A stretch of DNA of 64,000 nt, from the NCBI RefSeq assembly GCF_009914755.1, contig NC_060927.1; one strand, given 5' to 3'. The notes beneath the pieces are model-generated. The model searched no databases, was not told where the DNA came from, and saw nothing but the letters and a program-made list of their open reading frames with translations. The translations under genes and the position numbers were made by a program. The number at the start of each line of letters is the position of its first letter. The stretch's first letter is position 1. The DNA is from the human T2T-CHM13v2.0 reference genome, Homo sapiens. Positions 18,140 to 31,310 of this stretch are shown one piece after another.

Positions 18140-19760
18140 TGGCCTCTCTCACCACTCCTTTTCGACATTGTCCTAAAAAGTATTAGCTAATGCAATAACA
18201 AGAAAAGAAAATAAAAGATCTATTTGAGAAAAACTACAAAAATCTGATGAATGAAATTTAAAAAAACCTAAATAAATGGAGAGACATTCCATGTTCTCAT
18301 TGGATAGGGACACTCAATACTGTCAAGAGGTCAGCTCTTGTCAACTTGATCTATAGATTCAATGCAATTGCAATCAAAATCCCAGGAGATTATTTTGTGA
18401 ATGTTGACAAACTGACTCTAAAAGTTATATGGAGAGATAAAAGACCCAGAATAGCCAATGCAGTATTGAAGAAGAACAAAGTTGGAGGACCGACACTTTC
18501 TAACTTCAAGATGTACTAAAAAGCGACAGTAATCAAGACAGTGTGGTACTGGTGAAAGAACAGACAAACAGATCAACGGAATAGAATAGAGAGCCCAGAA
18601 ACAGACCCACATAAATACAGTCAACTGATCTTTGATGAAGAGCAAAGGCAAAACAATGGAGCAAACATAGTTTTTTCAAGAAATAGTGTTGGAACAACTG
18701 GATATCCACATGCAAAACATGAATGCAGACACAGATCTTTTACTCTCACAAAAATCAACTCAAAATGGATCACAGACCTAAATGTAAAATGCAAGACTTA
18801 CAGACCTCAATGTGAAATGCAAAACTATAAAACTCCTAAAAGATAACATAGGAAAACAAATCTAGATGACCTCGGGTATGACAATGACTTTTTAGATACA
18901 ACACCAAAGACATGATCCATGAAAGAAATAACTGATAAGCTGGGTTTTGTTAAAACTTAAAACTTCTGCCACAGACTGGGAGAAAATATTTGCAAAAGAC
19001 ACATCTGATAGACTGTTATAAAAAATACACAAAGAATTCTTAAAACTGAACAGTAAGAAAACAGTTGATAAAAAAAAAAAGCCAAAGACCATAACAGACA
19101 CCTCACCAAAGAAGATATATAGATGGCAAATAAGCATATGAAAAGATGCTCCACATCGTTTGACATCAAGAAATGTAAATTAAAACAATGATATACCACT
19201 ACACACCTTTTAGAATGGCCCAAATCTGGAATATTGACACATCAAATGCTAGCAAGGATGCAGAGCAACAGGAACTCTCGCTCATTGCTGGTAAGAATGC
19301 AAAACGGTCCATCCACTTTGAAAGACTAAGAATGCTCTTACCTTACTATCTAGCACTTGTGCTCTATGGTATTTACTCAAAGTGAAAACTTATGTCCACA
19401 CAAAAGCTTACCCCACAGAGGTTTATAGCAGCTTTACTCATAATTGCCAAAATTTGGAAGCAAGCAAGGTAGGTGCCATTCAGTAGATGACTGAATAAAC
19501 TGTGGTATACCCAGATAATGAATTATTACTCAGCGCTAAAAAGAAAGGAGCTATCAAGCCATGAAAAGTGTATACAATGAACTTTGTAATTTGTCAGTGC
19601 AGGTTCATCGACTGTGACAAATATACTGCCTGGTGGGGGATGTTGATAGTGCGGGATGCAGTGCATGTGTGGAGGCAGAAAGTATATGGGAAATCTCTGT
19701 ACTTTTCTCTTCATTTTTCTGTGAACATAAAACTCCTCTAAAAAATTAAGTTTCTAATTA
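18140..19760 (+). mobile_element. L1MC1/L1MC2-like ORF2 3' part and 3'UTR with internal deletions
   Basis: gatctatagattcaatgcaattgcaatcaaaatccca; end gtatatgggaaatctctgtactt...ctctaaaaaattaag; 28-bp tandem duplication at 18772-18827. Confidence 0.85.
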
Positions 19761-20039
19761 AAAATACGTACCTCGGTTTGAAAGAAAAGAAAAAGGGCTC
19801 CTGGAAGGTACTGAAGAGAAGGGTTGGAAGTAGAAACCCTCTGGGGACCTTGGCCAGGGTGTTCACCCAGGGGCAAGCTTTAGCATCAGCCTGGTGCGTG
19901 CTCGAGGCCACAGGCCCACCAGAACTGAGTTTCCTGGCCGATGCTGGGGTCAGGAAGATCTGTCCTGTCTGTAGAACAGGCAAGAAAACTCTGCCCACCA
20001 GGTGAGAACTCTGTAGGGAGGCTGCCATGGGTGGAAAAA

Positions 20040-20260
20040 GAATTATTCCTGAGACATCAGAGGCCTTTGGTGGGAGGTGACATTTAAGATAAGGCCTAAA
20101 GGAGAAAGGGAGGCAGCCACACCAGGGGAAGAGCAAATGAGCAGAGGGAACTCCAGGCAGAAGCGCTCTAAGATAACAAAGGTCCTCATGGCTAGGAGCT
20201 GATGAGTGAGGTGAGGGGGTCAATGGCAGACTGCAGAAGGCCTTGAGTCCAGAGGACATC
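20040..20260 (-). mobile_element. L2 fragment
   Basis: ggaggtgacatttaagataaggcctaaagga...gaactccaggcagaag. Confidence 0.5.
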
Positions 20261-22285
20261 CAGTGGAGTAAGAACAAACAGAACGAGGCCACTGAAGGGA
20301 GGTTGAGAGGGAGGGAAGAAGAAACAAGTGAACCTGGAGAGGAAGGGGAGAGGGATAAAAGAGGGCAGAAGTGACAGATGGCAGGAAGAGAGGGATGGAG
20401 GAGGAAGAATCATGTTGAGGAAATGGAAATCAAACACAGGAGTGAGATCTCATCCCACATGTTTTCCTGTGCAGGAGCTCATCACACTTTCGCATTCCAC
20501 AAATTGAGCCTGAAACAGTAAGAGGGGCTATGTTCTGCTGCTATGGTACCTGTCCACTGCTGGGAATGTGCTCTCTTTGCTTCACTGAAGCCCATCCATC
20601 TTTGAGGGGCCCAATTTCTCTCCCTCCTGCTGCCTCCGTGAGCGCCTGCTGTGCATCAGCATCATGGAGGTCCCCATCTATTTACTGTGCATGGGCTTTG
20701 TGATCCTGGACTCCTTCTGAAACCCTAGCCCCTGCTTCTCTGCAATCACTGGGCGGGGGGTTGGAGGGACATGGCTTCTTCCTGCCACAAATGCTTGGAA
20801 AGTGGAACAGAGGGCATGCCTCAGCCTTCTGAGTTTGAGACTAATGCTCCATGTGAGGATCCCATGAAGCATTCCAACATACTGCACTGGCAAAACAGGG
20901 GCCGAACTGATGCTGATGCTGAGCCCACTTAAAAGTGGAGTGGCAGAACCTTTTTTCCTTACCACTGGCTGTCACAAGAGGTCTCAGCCCTGTTATCCTG
21001 GATAAACACCTATACCACCATAAAACACACAGATTTCCAGGTGCCTCCAGATCCAGCAAATCAGTGTCCTTTGGGAGTTAGGAGCCAATCCTGTTTTTAA
21101 GGTCCCACAGATTAAGAGCCACTGAATTCAACTGAAGCCAAAGAAAAATGAATACAACTAGCTGATTTGTTTCCTCCAACACCTGAGATGCTTTCTATGG
21201 CCCACTGCTGACTTCAAAAGTGAACTGCCTTGCCAGACAGAAACACTGTGTCTCCATAAGAGGCTGAGGATGGTAACACTGTCAGAAGTTTTTGGGTGGG
21301 TTAATGCATTATTACATTTCAGAACATAAACATCAGCCCACTGTATCCAAGGTCACAAAGGATGATGCTTTCCTGGCAATGTTACACACTTTTAGCACCT
21401 ATAGGTCAAAGGCCTAACACAAGTCAGTAAGTCCTTAGTCAACAACTGACCAGGCAGCACTTTGCCTCATCGGTTTACAGTAGATAAAAATTGCCCATCA
21501 CCACTCAGGGTATTCCCTCTATCATCTGATTCTGCTAAGAAATGGAAAAACCAGACACCCAAATAATATCATACACCATATACAGAAAATAATATCCAGC
21601 TTAAAATGCAATAGATGGAAAACAATATTTGGCTTGTAAGTCTAACATATAAACTCAAACCAGAAACCTACTGAAATACTTTAAAAAATTGGCTTTTGGT
21701 TTTTCTGATGGATGAACTATTTCAGTTTTTCTGTCAATATGAAGAGATAACATTGGGATTCAAAAGACGAACACATTAGCTTTTCCTAAGAGTTTAAAGA
21801 TAAAGAGTTTAGGGATCACTATTCAATTTCAAATTGGTCAGTATCCAAAAGTCAGCCCCCCAAAACTTCAACACTGTTCCATTATTGCCTCTGTCTAATG
21901 TTTTCCTGTTGTTAAACTAATAAGTTAACCAAAATTATTGCTATTTGGAAACATTGAAATCTTCCTATTGTTTTTTCTCCCTTAAATCAAAAAGAAAATA
22001 AGATTCTGACCTAGCTGCAAGAAATACAGGTCTCAGCTACCATAATCATGCCCTCTGTTGTTGAAGATTAAGTCACTTAACAACCACACTCTCCAAACTG
22101 TGTATGAGGAAAGTGATAACCCTGGGAAGGTTGTGAACTTTCATGCATATTTAGGGGATCCTCAAGTCATAGAGAGTCAAACAGAAGAGATATTCAAAAT
22201 CTTTAAGAAGCTGGTATGGCATTGGACTGAGAAGTCAGGATGGGCACCATGACCAACCCAAAGGGATGCACACTGGTGTGTACTA

Positions 22286-22932
22286 GTTGAATCTCAGCCC
22301 TGGGGTAAAGCATCAGATTTGGAATGCCTGAACTCTTTAAAGGGTCATTGAAGGTGATAAGGAAACTTGACAATTCAGTGAGTCAGAACAACAAATCAGT
22401 GAGTTAGGGTTAGTGGGTGAATGCTTGCAAAAATGGCTGCAATTATTCTCCCAGCATCCACACCTCTGACAATGCAACACTGCAGCTCCTCCCATCAAGA
22501 CCTAGAGTCTATTTCTCATCCTTGAATCTGGGCTGGCCTTGTGACTTGTGTTGGCCAACAGGATGTGATGGAAGTGATGTTGTGCAGATCCAAGCCTAGA
22601 ACTCAAGAGGCTTTGCACACTTCAGTTCTCTCCTTTGGGTCTATGTCTATGAGAACAAGCCTGGGCTATCCTGCTGGTGAACGAGAGGCCACGTGGGGCA
22701 GAACTGGCCCAGTCGTCCCAGTTAAGATCCCAGATATGTGAGACAGACCAGCTGAGATTAGCAGTGCCACCAACCCCATTAGCAGCTGACCAAGGATGCA
22801 TGAGGGAGCACAGCATTCAACCCCTAACCCTAAAAGTCACTGGATTGCCAACTTTCCTTATAACTTGCAATGATTCTTTAAAGAGTTCAGGTATTCCAAA
22901 TCTCACACTTTACCCCAGGGCTAGGATTCAAC
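22286..22932. repeat. Inverted repeat pair, arms 22286-22425 and 22812-22932
   Basis: Manual alignment: 82/96 then 20/22 identity in reverse complement. Confidence 0.92.
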
Positions 22933-23085
22933 CAATAAAATCCCATCAAGACAAGCAAGAGGCTTCCTGGCAGTGCCCAGCCTATTAAATGGCTGGCCTG
23001 CAGAATCATGAGCTATGTACGTGGCTCTTGTTTTAAGTCAGTAAATTTGAGGGTGATTTGTTAATGCTGCAATATTTAACTGAAA
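22410..23085 (+). mobile_element. MLT1F/G-like MaLR LTR interrupted by an inverted local copy
   Basis: gcagctcctcccatcaaga...ccttgaatctgggctggccttgtgacttg; end ttgttttaagtcagtaaatttgagggtgatttgtt. Confidence 0.75.
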
Positions 23086-23199
23086 GAGTTGGGGGTCTCC
23101 TAAAAATTTAGATCAGGAGATTCTTATGTTCTGTGATCCTTTTGCTAAGGAGGAATAACTTATAATCCCAGTGAGCACACTATTTTTGTTGCTTTACTT

Positions 23200-23640
23200 C
23201 TAACCATCATAGCTTACATATTTTTCCACATTGCCAATCTGTATTTATTATAATAATCACTAATAGCTACAAAATATTCCACTGAAGGAATACAGTATAG
23301 TTTACCTAATCATGCTCATGTTGGTAGACTTTTAGATTGCTTCCAATTTCTGAGAAGTATAAATAAGCTTATACATCTAACATATTCTATATTTTGGATG
23401 ATTTCTTTATGAGAGATTCTTAGGAGCAGAATTACCAAGTCAAGGTTATTAACAGCAATATGGCTCTTGAAATAGGCCATCAGATATTTTCTACAGGGAC
23501 TGAACCAATTTTCACCAACACCAGCAGAAGAAGAGCACCAGTTTCATCACACGCTTGCCAGCACTAGATTTATTTTTAGGAGGTACAAATTTAGTAGATG
23601 AAAAGTGGAAAAATGAGAGCATTGGTTACATTTCTTTGAA
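23200..23640 (-). mobile_element. L1ME-like fragment
   Basis: aatattccactgaaggaatacagtatagtttacctaatc...ttttagattgcttccaattt. Confidence 0.6.
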
Positions 23641-24298
23641 TGGATAAAATCCTGGAGGAACCATTGAGCTGTCTGATTTATATATCACCGAATAAATGAG
23701 GCTGGCATACAATTTGAAACTGCAAAGAACTAACTAAGGAAGAGGTCAATGCTACTCAGATACTTAATACTGGAACATTTCCAGCAGCTCTAAATTGTGG
23801 AAACTGCTGGGTATTTGCTTTTCTAAAACAAGTTTTAGAGGAAGAACTCTCAGGTGAATATGCATAAGTTTCCGCTAAATGTATGCTTATAAGGGGCATT
23901 ATTTTACATAAGCATATTGAAGGGATAACAATAACTTGAAAGCAAATAAACTCTACAGGATTTTGTCGTAAGTTTTCACTGGTTTCTGTATTAAAATTAT
24001 TCTATAGTTGCTAAACACTACCCAAACAATATGACACACCTGTGTGAACCTTTATCTTAAGGCCTACAATGCATGCACAAAGTCACTACACAGCCTGGTG
24101 AGGCTCCTGTACCCTTCTACAGCACCCCCAGATGGTTGTACAAAAGCATCACACAGATCCCAGTTAGGAGAACACTATGGGGATACCGTCCTAGCCATGA
24201 TACAAGTGATTTGTGGCTCACAGCAGTTAAAGCACTGAAGTTTACAAAAGAGTTAATTTTCTCTTCTCTCTTATGATTAAATTTTGATCATTTTACAG

Positions 24299-24300
<2 letters not shown>

Positions 24301-24345
<45 letters not shown>
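24301..24345. repeat. (TA)n microsatellite
   Basis: About 22 units seen directly. Confidence 0.97.
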
Positions 24346-24348
<3 letters not shown>

Positions 24349-25600
24349 GTATCTTGCTGGTCTAGAATGGCCAAGACCTGAAGTCACAACAGGGAAGTGG
24401 TTGAATACAGATTGAGCAGGAGGGTCATAAAAGACTGTTAGGTGTGTTAGGTGTGACTGAATTCCTCAGGCTCAGGGACTTGTCCAAGGCCTTGCAGCCC
24501 ATGTGGATGGAGCAGGACTAGGCTCAGAAAGGGTCAAAGGAGGCTGCTGTATTTCACTACAAAATGAAAAGGCGTGATTTCTGAATCATTTATTGCCTGG
24601 GGATCATCCACACTGCCTGCTGCCTTCATTAGTCAAGACTGAGAGCCCAGCGAGATGGGGAAAAATCAATACCCTGCAGGGATGGTGCTGTTGATACAGA
24701 GAATATTATACTAACTAGGTTTTTTCCTCTTAACCAGCTGGCATTTTATTTCATTTTTAAAAGAAATGCTATTCAATCTTTTAAGATTAGGGGAAATGTG
24801 CATTTCACTATAACGACAGAATAGAATGGACAGAATCTTCCCAGGACCCAAGATACCTTCTAATTAGCTCTAAGTTATACACCAGGAACTGATATAACAC
24901 GTGAGCACTAACTTATTTAATGGTATATAGCCAGCTGAAAAGATTTCACACCAATCCTAATTTATTTAATTTTCAATCAGACAATAGCTTAAGCACTGGG
25001 TAGAAGAGTTGATCATTATTTTCTACAGAGACAGGCTTTCTGGCGTGCTACGTTTAGAGTATTACAAAGGCATACATCTGAGGAAATGCATTTACTTTAA
25101 TGCATTTTAAGTATCTTTATTTTAAATATCTATTAATACAATGAAGAAACATAAAAAACCATAAAATCAAAAGGCTGAATCACCATTTAATGCACATTGT
25201 CAGATATGTCATCACTAAAGTATCTCACAATCAAGGTATTTAAGAAAAATAAGTGAGTCATTACTCTTGGGAAGGGACATTCTAAGAGTTATTTGATGTT
25301 TACTATCTGAAGTAAAACTAAGGTTTAAGGTTGCAAAACAATCTTGGCTTTTTGATTAATAAATATATTTATATCGATAAATTTAACATTTTCTACTTAG
25401 TAACAGAGGTCCAGACCTAACTGATACTGAATGGTAAGAGTCAGAACAAGAATATGGGGAAATTATGATGATGCGAAGCACCTGAATGAGGGAGGTGATC
25501 ATTTCCTACGCTCTCAGGAAAAACTACTTACATACAAGCACTGAGAAGAATGTTTGGCAAACAAAGAATTGAACAGATGTATTGAAAGGTGTTGGCTATT

Positions 25601-26618
25601 AAAATATCACATTCAGAAGTCATGAAATGTCAAGCATTCAAATATAAATGAGCAAATGTTATAACTTTTTAAAAGTCATTTTTAAAAATTACAACATTGC
25701 CTCTGATAATTGCCTTTGAAATGTGCTTAACTTTTCTATCAAAGATAAATGGAATTTTCCTTAACTTATTATTAAGTAGAAACAAAAACCATCTGAATCA
25801 AGACTTAATGGAATGGTTTAATCAAGTTAGCAAGTAGGGCTTTTCGTATGTCTGGAAACCAGGAATCAGAGAGGAAAGGGATGCCAGCAGTCCTGCTTTT
25901 AAGTGCCAGGGGGAGAAAGAATACAGAAGAATGGATGGTTGACGGGAATGAGGAGTGACAGATTATTCTCTGAATAATCAAATCTGTGCTCTAAAGAGGC
26001 AGTTTCATGAAAACTCCGCATGTTGTAATGAGCCATTTATTTAACTATCCGCAAAGTTCTTCAAATATTTACAATATTGCCCAGATGTGGTGCAGCTTTA
26101 TTTGCTTCCCAATTACTCCAAAAAGTTCAGATTCTAACTTGCAAAACACTGCTTATTTTAAGTGAACAGACAAATTTAAAATAGAGTACTAATAAAAAGC
26201 TCTGATTCCAAATTAAAAATCCACAATGAATGTCTGTTGGGGGACTATGGATAATTGAAAGCACTTCAGTGATCTATGTTAGCAAACTGTCTATCGTTGG
26301 CTCTATATATGTCAAATTTTAGATAGACAAGTTTATTTAAATGTTCAGAAATCTAAATGATCTACTCTAATTCAATATGGGAGAATTTTATAATATTAAA
26401 TAATAAGTGAAATCATTCTAAAATATAGAATATACTAAAACAGACTATAGACAAAGACTAGAAGACAGAATTGTGCATTTATGTCAGAAGGAACAAAATA
26501 TCACATTCAAAAGTCATGAAATGTCAAGCATTCGAATATAAATGAGCAACTGTTATAACTTTTTTAAAGTCATTTTTAAAAATTATAGTATTGCCTCTGA
26601 TAATAATTATTTGCCTTT
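25601..26618 (+). repeat. Dispersed direct repeat pair, 25601-25717 and 26495-26618
   Basis: 103/110 identical by manual alignment, then a 7-nt indel before a shared tgccttt; offset 894 bp. Confidence 0.95.
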
Positions 26619-27416
26619 TAAGTGATTTTGACTCACGCTTTTCTCAGAGTTTGGACAAAAAGGTTTTCCTATTTTTGAATAACACTTAAAGAACTTCAAA
26701 CTCAGGAGCCTATACTGGGATGTTTTACTCTGCCTAACATAAGATTAAATTGTTGAAGGTATCATAGCAAGAAGTAAAACTCCAGGGAGGCTATTAACAA
26801 TTTAGCATTTCTAGTTCACGCTAGAGTATTAATTCCACTTCCCAAAGAAAGAAGAGTGGTATTCATTAAAATTAAGATCTTGTGACTGCAGAAATGTACC
26901 ACTGCATTTATATTACAGCACATTAAGAATAACATGCAGCTGTCTCTGCGAATTCAGTGAGGTTAGTGAGGTCTCAGCTTGAGTTTTCCCTATTTCTTTG
27001 CATGGGTAAAATACAATCAACTTTTGATTATTCACAAATGGAAGTGAGTTTCTGCAGACATGTCCAGCAATGTCCTCTGAAATAAGGGGTTTCCTGTGCC
27101 AGGGAGTAGTGATGATCTTCAAGATCACAGCTGTAAAGGCGCTTTTTCTGCACTGTGGTTTCCTTCTGACATGCTCAAGTCTGTAATTCAGGGTCACCTT
27201 GGGTAGCATGCCCTGGGACTACATCTGTGCTGGGAGGTAAGCTGTGCCAGGGGGAAGAGCAGCCTGCAGTAGTATCTGGGATTGAATTTGGGGGCTGTAT
27301 GGGCACAAGAGGTCGGGGCAGGGTGGGGGGCAACCAAAAGGTGTTCAGAGCTCCCCAAGGATTCTTAGAAATATTTGGGAGGGGGCCGGATACATGCCAA
27401 GTAGGTGCCATCACTA

Positions 27417-27785
<369 letters not shown>

Positions 27786-28643
27786 TCAGTATGATATGTA
27801 AAACAGTGAACAATCTGCCTAGTGTATAAGCCACTGAGTATCTCCAAGACAAATATTTAAGAGAAGACAGTGTAGAAAGAGTCTATGCATGGACAGCCCC
27901 CAAACAGGGACATGTTGACTTAGAAGAAACATAGAAACTGTTAAAACATTGATAAGTGTAACACTTAGGTTCTTAGTTTTTAGTAGCAAGCTGCAGAGAT
28001 CAACCCTAGTTGATTTAGCAGAGAAAGTCTGGGGGCTCATAATTCTGAGGGGGGCTGGAAAACTTGAAGCTAAGCTGCCAGGAGCAAAGCCCATAACCAA
28101 TCACCACTACTGCTATAAGACACTCCAGCTGGCACTAGGCCATGAGTAGGAAGGCAGTGATACTGCAACTATGACTGGCAACAGCCCTGTTTCTGCTTCA
28201 TAATGCCAGGAAGTCAATCTGGCAAACCAGGATCCTGTCGCTTCTCCAGAGAGTGAACTCATCAACTCTTGCTTCTATTGTCACTAGCTCCTGTGTCAAA
28301 GTGTGGAATGAGGCAGTCTGACAGGGAGAGCTGAGATCTCCTGCATTTGGCCCAGCTGCAGGGTAGGAAGGAATAGTGAGAACGCAGTATTATCATCAGA
28401 GGCTGTTTTTGTTTCCTGCCAAGCATTATGAGGTGGGGAACATTCTCCTAATATAGAGAAGGGTGCACACACTGGGCCACCAAAATGATACATGCTCTGC
28501 AGAAAAAAGTTACTATCTGGTTATGTTGCTTAAATGGTGGAGAGAAAAGAGATGTGAATAGGAATGAGGACAGAAGCCAGAGCTTGATGGAGATAAAAAT
28601 AAATGGGTTGCTAACTTGGAAGGTGATTCAAAACTGGAATAGG

Positions 28644-30601
28644 GCTCTCCCTCTCCCTCTCCCTCTCCCCACGGTCTCCCTCTCCCTCTCCCCACGGTCT
28701 CCCTCTCCCTCTCTTTCCACAGTCTCCCTCTCATGCTGAGCCGAAGCTGGACTGTACTGCTGCCATCTCGGCTCACTGCAACCTCCCTGCCTGATTCTCC
28801 TGACTGAGCATGCTGAGTGCCTGCGATTGCAGGCTCGAGCCGCCACGCCTGACTGGTTTTGGTGGAGACGGGGTTTCGCTGTGTTGGCCAGGCCGGTCTC
28901 CAGCCCCTAACCGCAAGTGATCCGCCAGCCTCGGCCTCCCGAGGTGCCGGGATTGCAGACGGAGTCTCGTTCACTCAGTGCTCAATGTTGCCCAGGCTGG
29001 AGTGCAGTGGCGTGATCTCGGCTCGCTACAACGTCCACCTCCCAGCCGCCTGCCTTGGCCTCCCAAAGTGCCGAGACTGCAGCCTCTGCCCGGCTGCCAC
29101 CCCGTCTGGGAAGTGAGGAGCGTCTCTGCCTGGCCGCCCATCGTCTGGGATGTGAGGAGCCCCTCTGCCTGGCTGCCCAGTCTGGAAAGTGAGGAGCGTC
29201 TCTGCCCGGCCGCCGTCCCACCTAGGAAGTGAGGAGCACCTCTTCCCGGCCGCCATCACATCTAGGAAGTGAGGAGCGTCTCTGCCCGGCCGCCCATAGT
29301 CTGAGATGTGGGGAGCGCCTCTGCCCCCCCGCCCCGTCTGGGATGTGAGGAGCACCTCTGCCCGGCTGCGACCCCGTCTGGGAGGTGAGGAGCATCTCTG
29401 CCCGGCCGCCCCGTCTGAGAAGTGAGGAGACCCTCTGCCCGGCAACCGCCCCGTCTGAGAAGTAAGGAGCCCCTCCGCCTGGCAGTCGCCCCGTCTGAGA
29501 AGTGAGGAGCCTCTCCGCCCAGCAGCCACCCAGTCTGGGAAGTGAGGAGCGTCTCCGCCCGGCCGCCACCCCGTCCGGGAGGGAGGTGGGGGGGGGGGGT
29601 CAGCCCCCCGCCAGGCCAGCCGCCCCATCCGGGAGGGAGGTGGGGGGGTCAGCCCCCCACCCCGCCCGGGAGGGAGGTGGGGGCGTCAGCCCCCCGCCCG
29701 GCCAGCCGCCCCGTCCGGGAGGTGAGGGGCGCCTCTGCCCGGCCGCCCCTACTGGGAAGTGAGGAGCCCCTCTGCCCCGCCAGCCGCCCCATCCGGGAGG
29801 GAGGTGGGGGGGTCAGCCCCCCGCCCAGCCAGCTGCCCCGTCCGGGAGGTGAGGGGCGCCTCTGCCCGGCCGCCCCTACTGGGAAGTGAGGAGCCCCTCT
29901 GCCCGGCCAGTGGCCCCATCTGGGAGGGAGGTGGGGGGGTCAGCCCCCCGCCCGGCCAGCCGCCCCATCCGGGAGGGAGGTGGGGGGGTCAGCCCCCTGC
30001 CCGGCCAGCCACCCCGTCCGGGAGGTGAGGGGCACCTCTGCCCGGCCGCCCCTACTGGGAAGTGAGGAGCCCCTCTGCCCGGCCACCACCCCGTCTGGGA
30101 GGTGTGCCCAACAGCTCATTGAGAACGGGCCATGATGACAATGGCGGTTTTGTGGAATAGAAAAGGGGGAAAGGTGGGGAAAAGATTGAGAAATCGGATG
30201 GTTGCCGTGTCTGTGTAGAAAGAAGTAAACATGGGAGACTTTTCATTTTGTTCTGTACTAAGAAAACTTCTTCTGCCGTGGGATCCTGTTGATCTGTGAC
30301 CTTACCCCCAACCCTGTGCTCTCTGAAACATGTGCTGTGTCCACTCAGGGTTAAATGGATTAAGGGCAGTGCAAGATGTGCTTTGTTAAACAGATGCTTG
30401 AAGGCAGCATGCTCGTTAAGAGTCATCACCACTCCCTAATCTCAAGTACCCAGGGACACAAACACTGCGGAAGGCCGCAGGGTCCTCTGCCTAGGAAAAC
30501 CAGAGACCTTTGTTCACTTGTTTATCTGCTGACCTTCCCTCCACTATTGTCCTATGACCCTGCCAAATCCCCCTCTGTGAGAAACACCCAAGAATTATCA
30601 A

Positions 30602-30628
<27 letters not shown>
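28644..30628 (+). mobile_element. Full-length SVA retrotransposon (D/F-like)
   Basis: CCCTCT hexamers, antisense Alu-like domain, GC-rich VNTR (about 29090-30100), SINE-R, AATAAA at 30600-30605 and poly(A); perfect TSD aaaactggaatagg (28630-28643, 30629-30642). Confidence 0.97.
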
Positions 30629-30632
<4 letters not shown>

Positions 30633-31004
30633 CTGGAATAGGACAGTGAGTGAAGGTGCAGCAGCAGAAAAATACTGGGAAAAGGCCACACCCATGCGGC
30701 TACTCGGCCTGATTCCATGTGCCACCCTTGGGAATCCTCCTCTGTGCTTTGACAGCAGAAAAAGGGCTGTGCCTGGATGAGAAAGATTTAGATACCAGGG
30801 AGGGAAGCTCCAGCCCTTAGTGAAGGTAGGTGCTTTTTTCTTTTAAACTAAGTATGTTAATATTTTTCTTGATGATAAAGATGCATTGTAAGAGACTTCC
30901 ATTCCAATAATATAACATTAGAGACTGGATAGACTAAAATTTCTCACACTATAAATGTGCTGATAAAATAGAGCCCACATCCCCCTACAAATAAAGCTAA
31001 ATTA

Positions 31005-31310
31005 GGCTGGGTGTAATCGCTCACACCTGTAATCCAAGCACTTTAGGAGCCAAGGCAGGAGGATTCCTTGAGCTCAGGAGTTTGAGACCAGCATGAGCAA
31101 TACAGTGAGACCCCATCTCTACAAATATATTTTAAAAATTCAGCTGGGCGTGGTTGCAAGAGCCTATAGTCCTAGCCACTTGGGAAGCTGATTCAGGAGG
31201 ACTGCTTGAGCCTAGGAGTTTGAGATTACAGTGAGCTATGATTGTACCACTGCACTCTAGCCTGGGTGACAGAGCAAAACCCCGTTTCATACATACATAC
31301 ATACACATAT
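31005..31310 (+). mobile_element. AluJ
   Basis: ttgagctcaggagtttgagaccagc; gtgagctatgattg; (TACA)n tail. Confidence 0.88.

Noticed and set aside
22403-22413. Telomere-like ttagggttag (and ccctaaccctaa in the inverted copy)
   Set aside because: Two units or fewer; too short to call an interstitial telomeric repeat.
28485-30615. Many overlapping Pro/Gly/Arg-rich ORFs up to 200 aa
   Set aside because: They are by-products of the stop-poor, GC-rich SVA VNTR and Alu-like domain.
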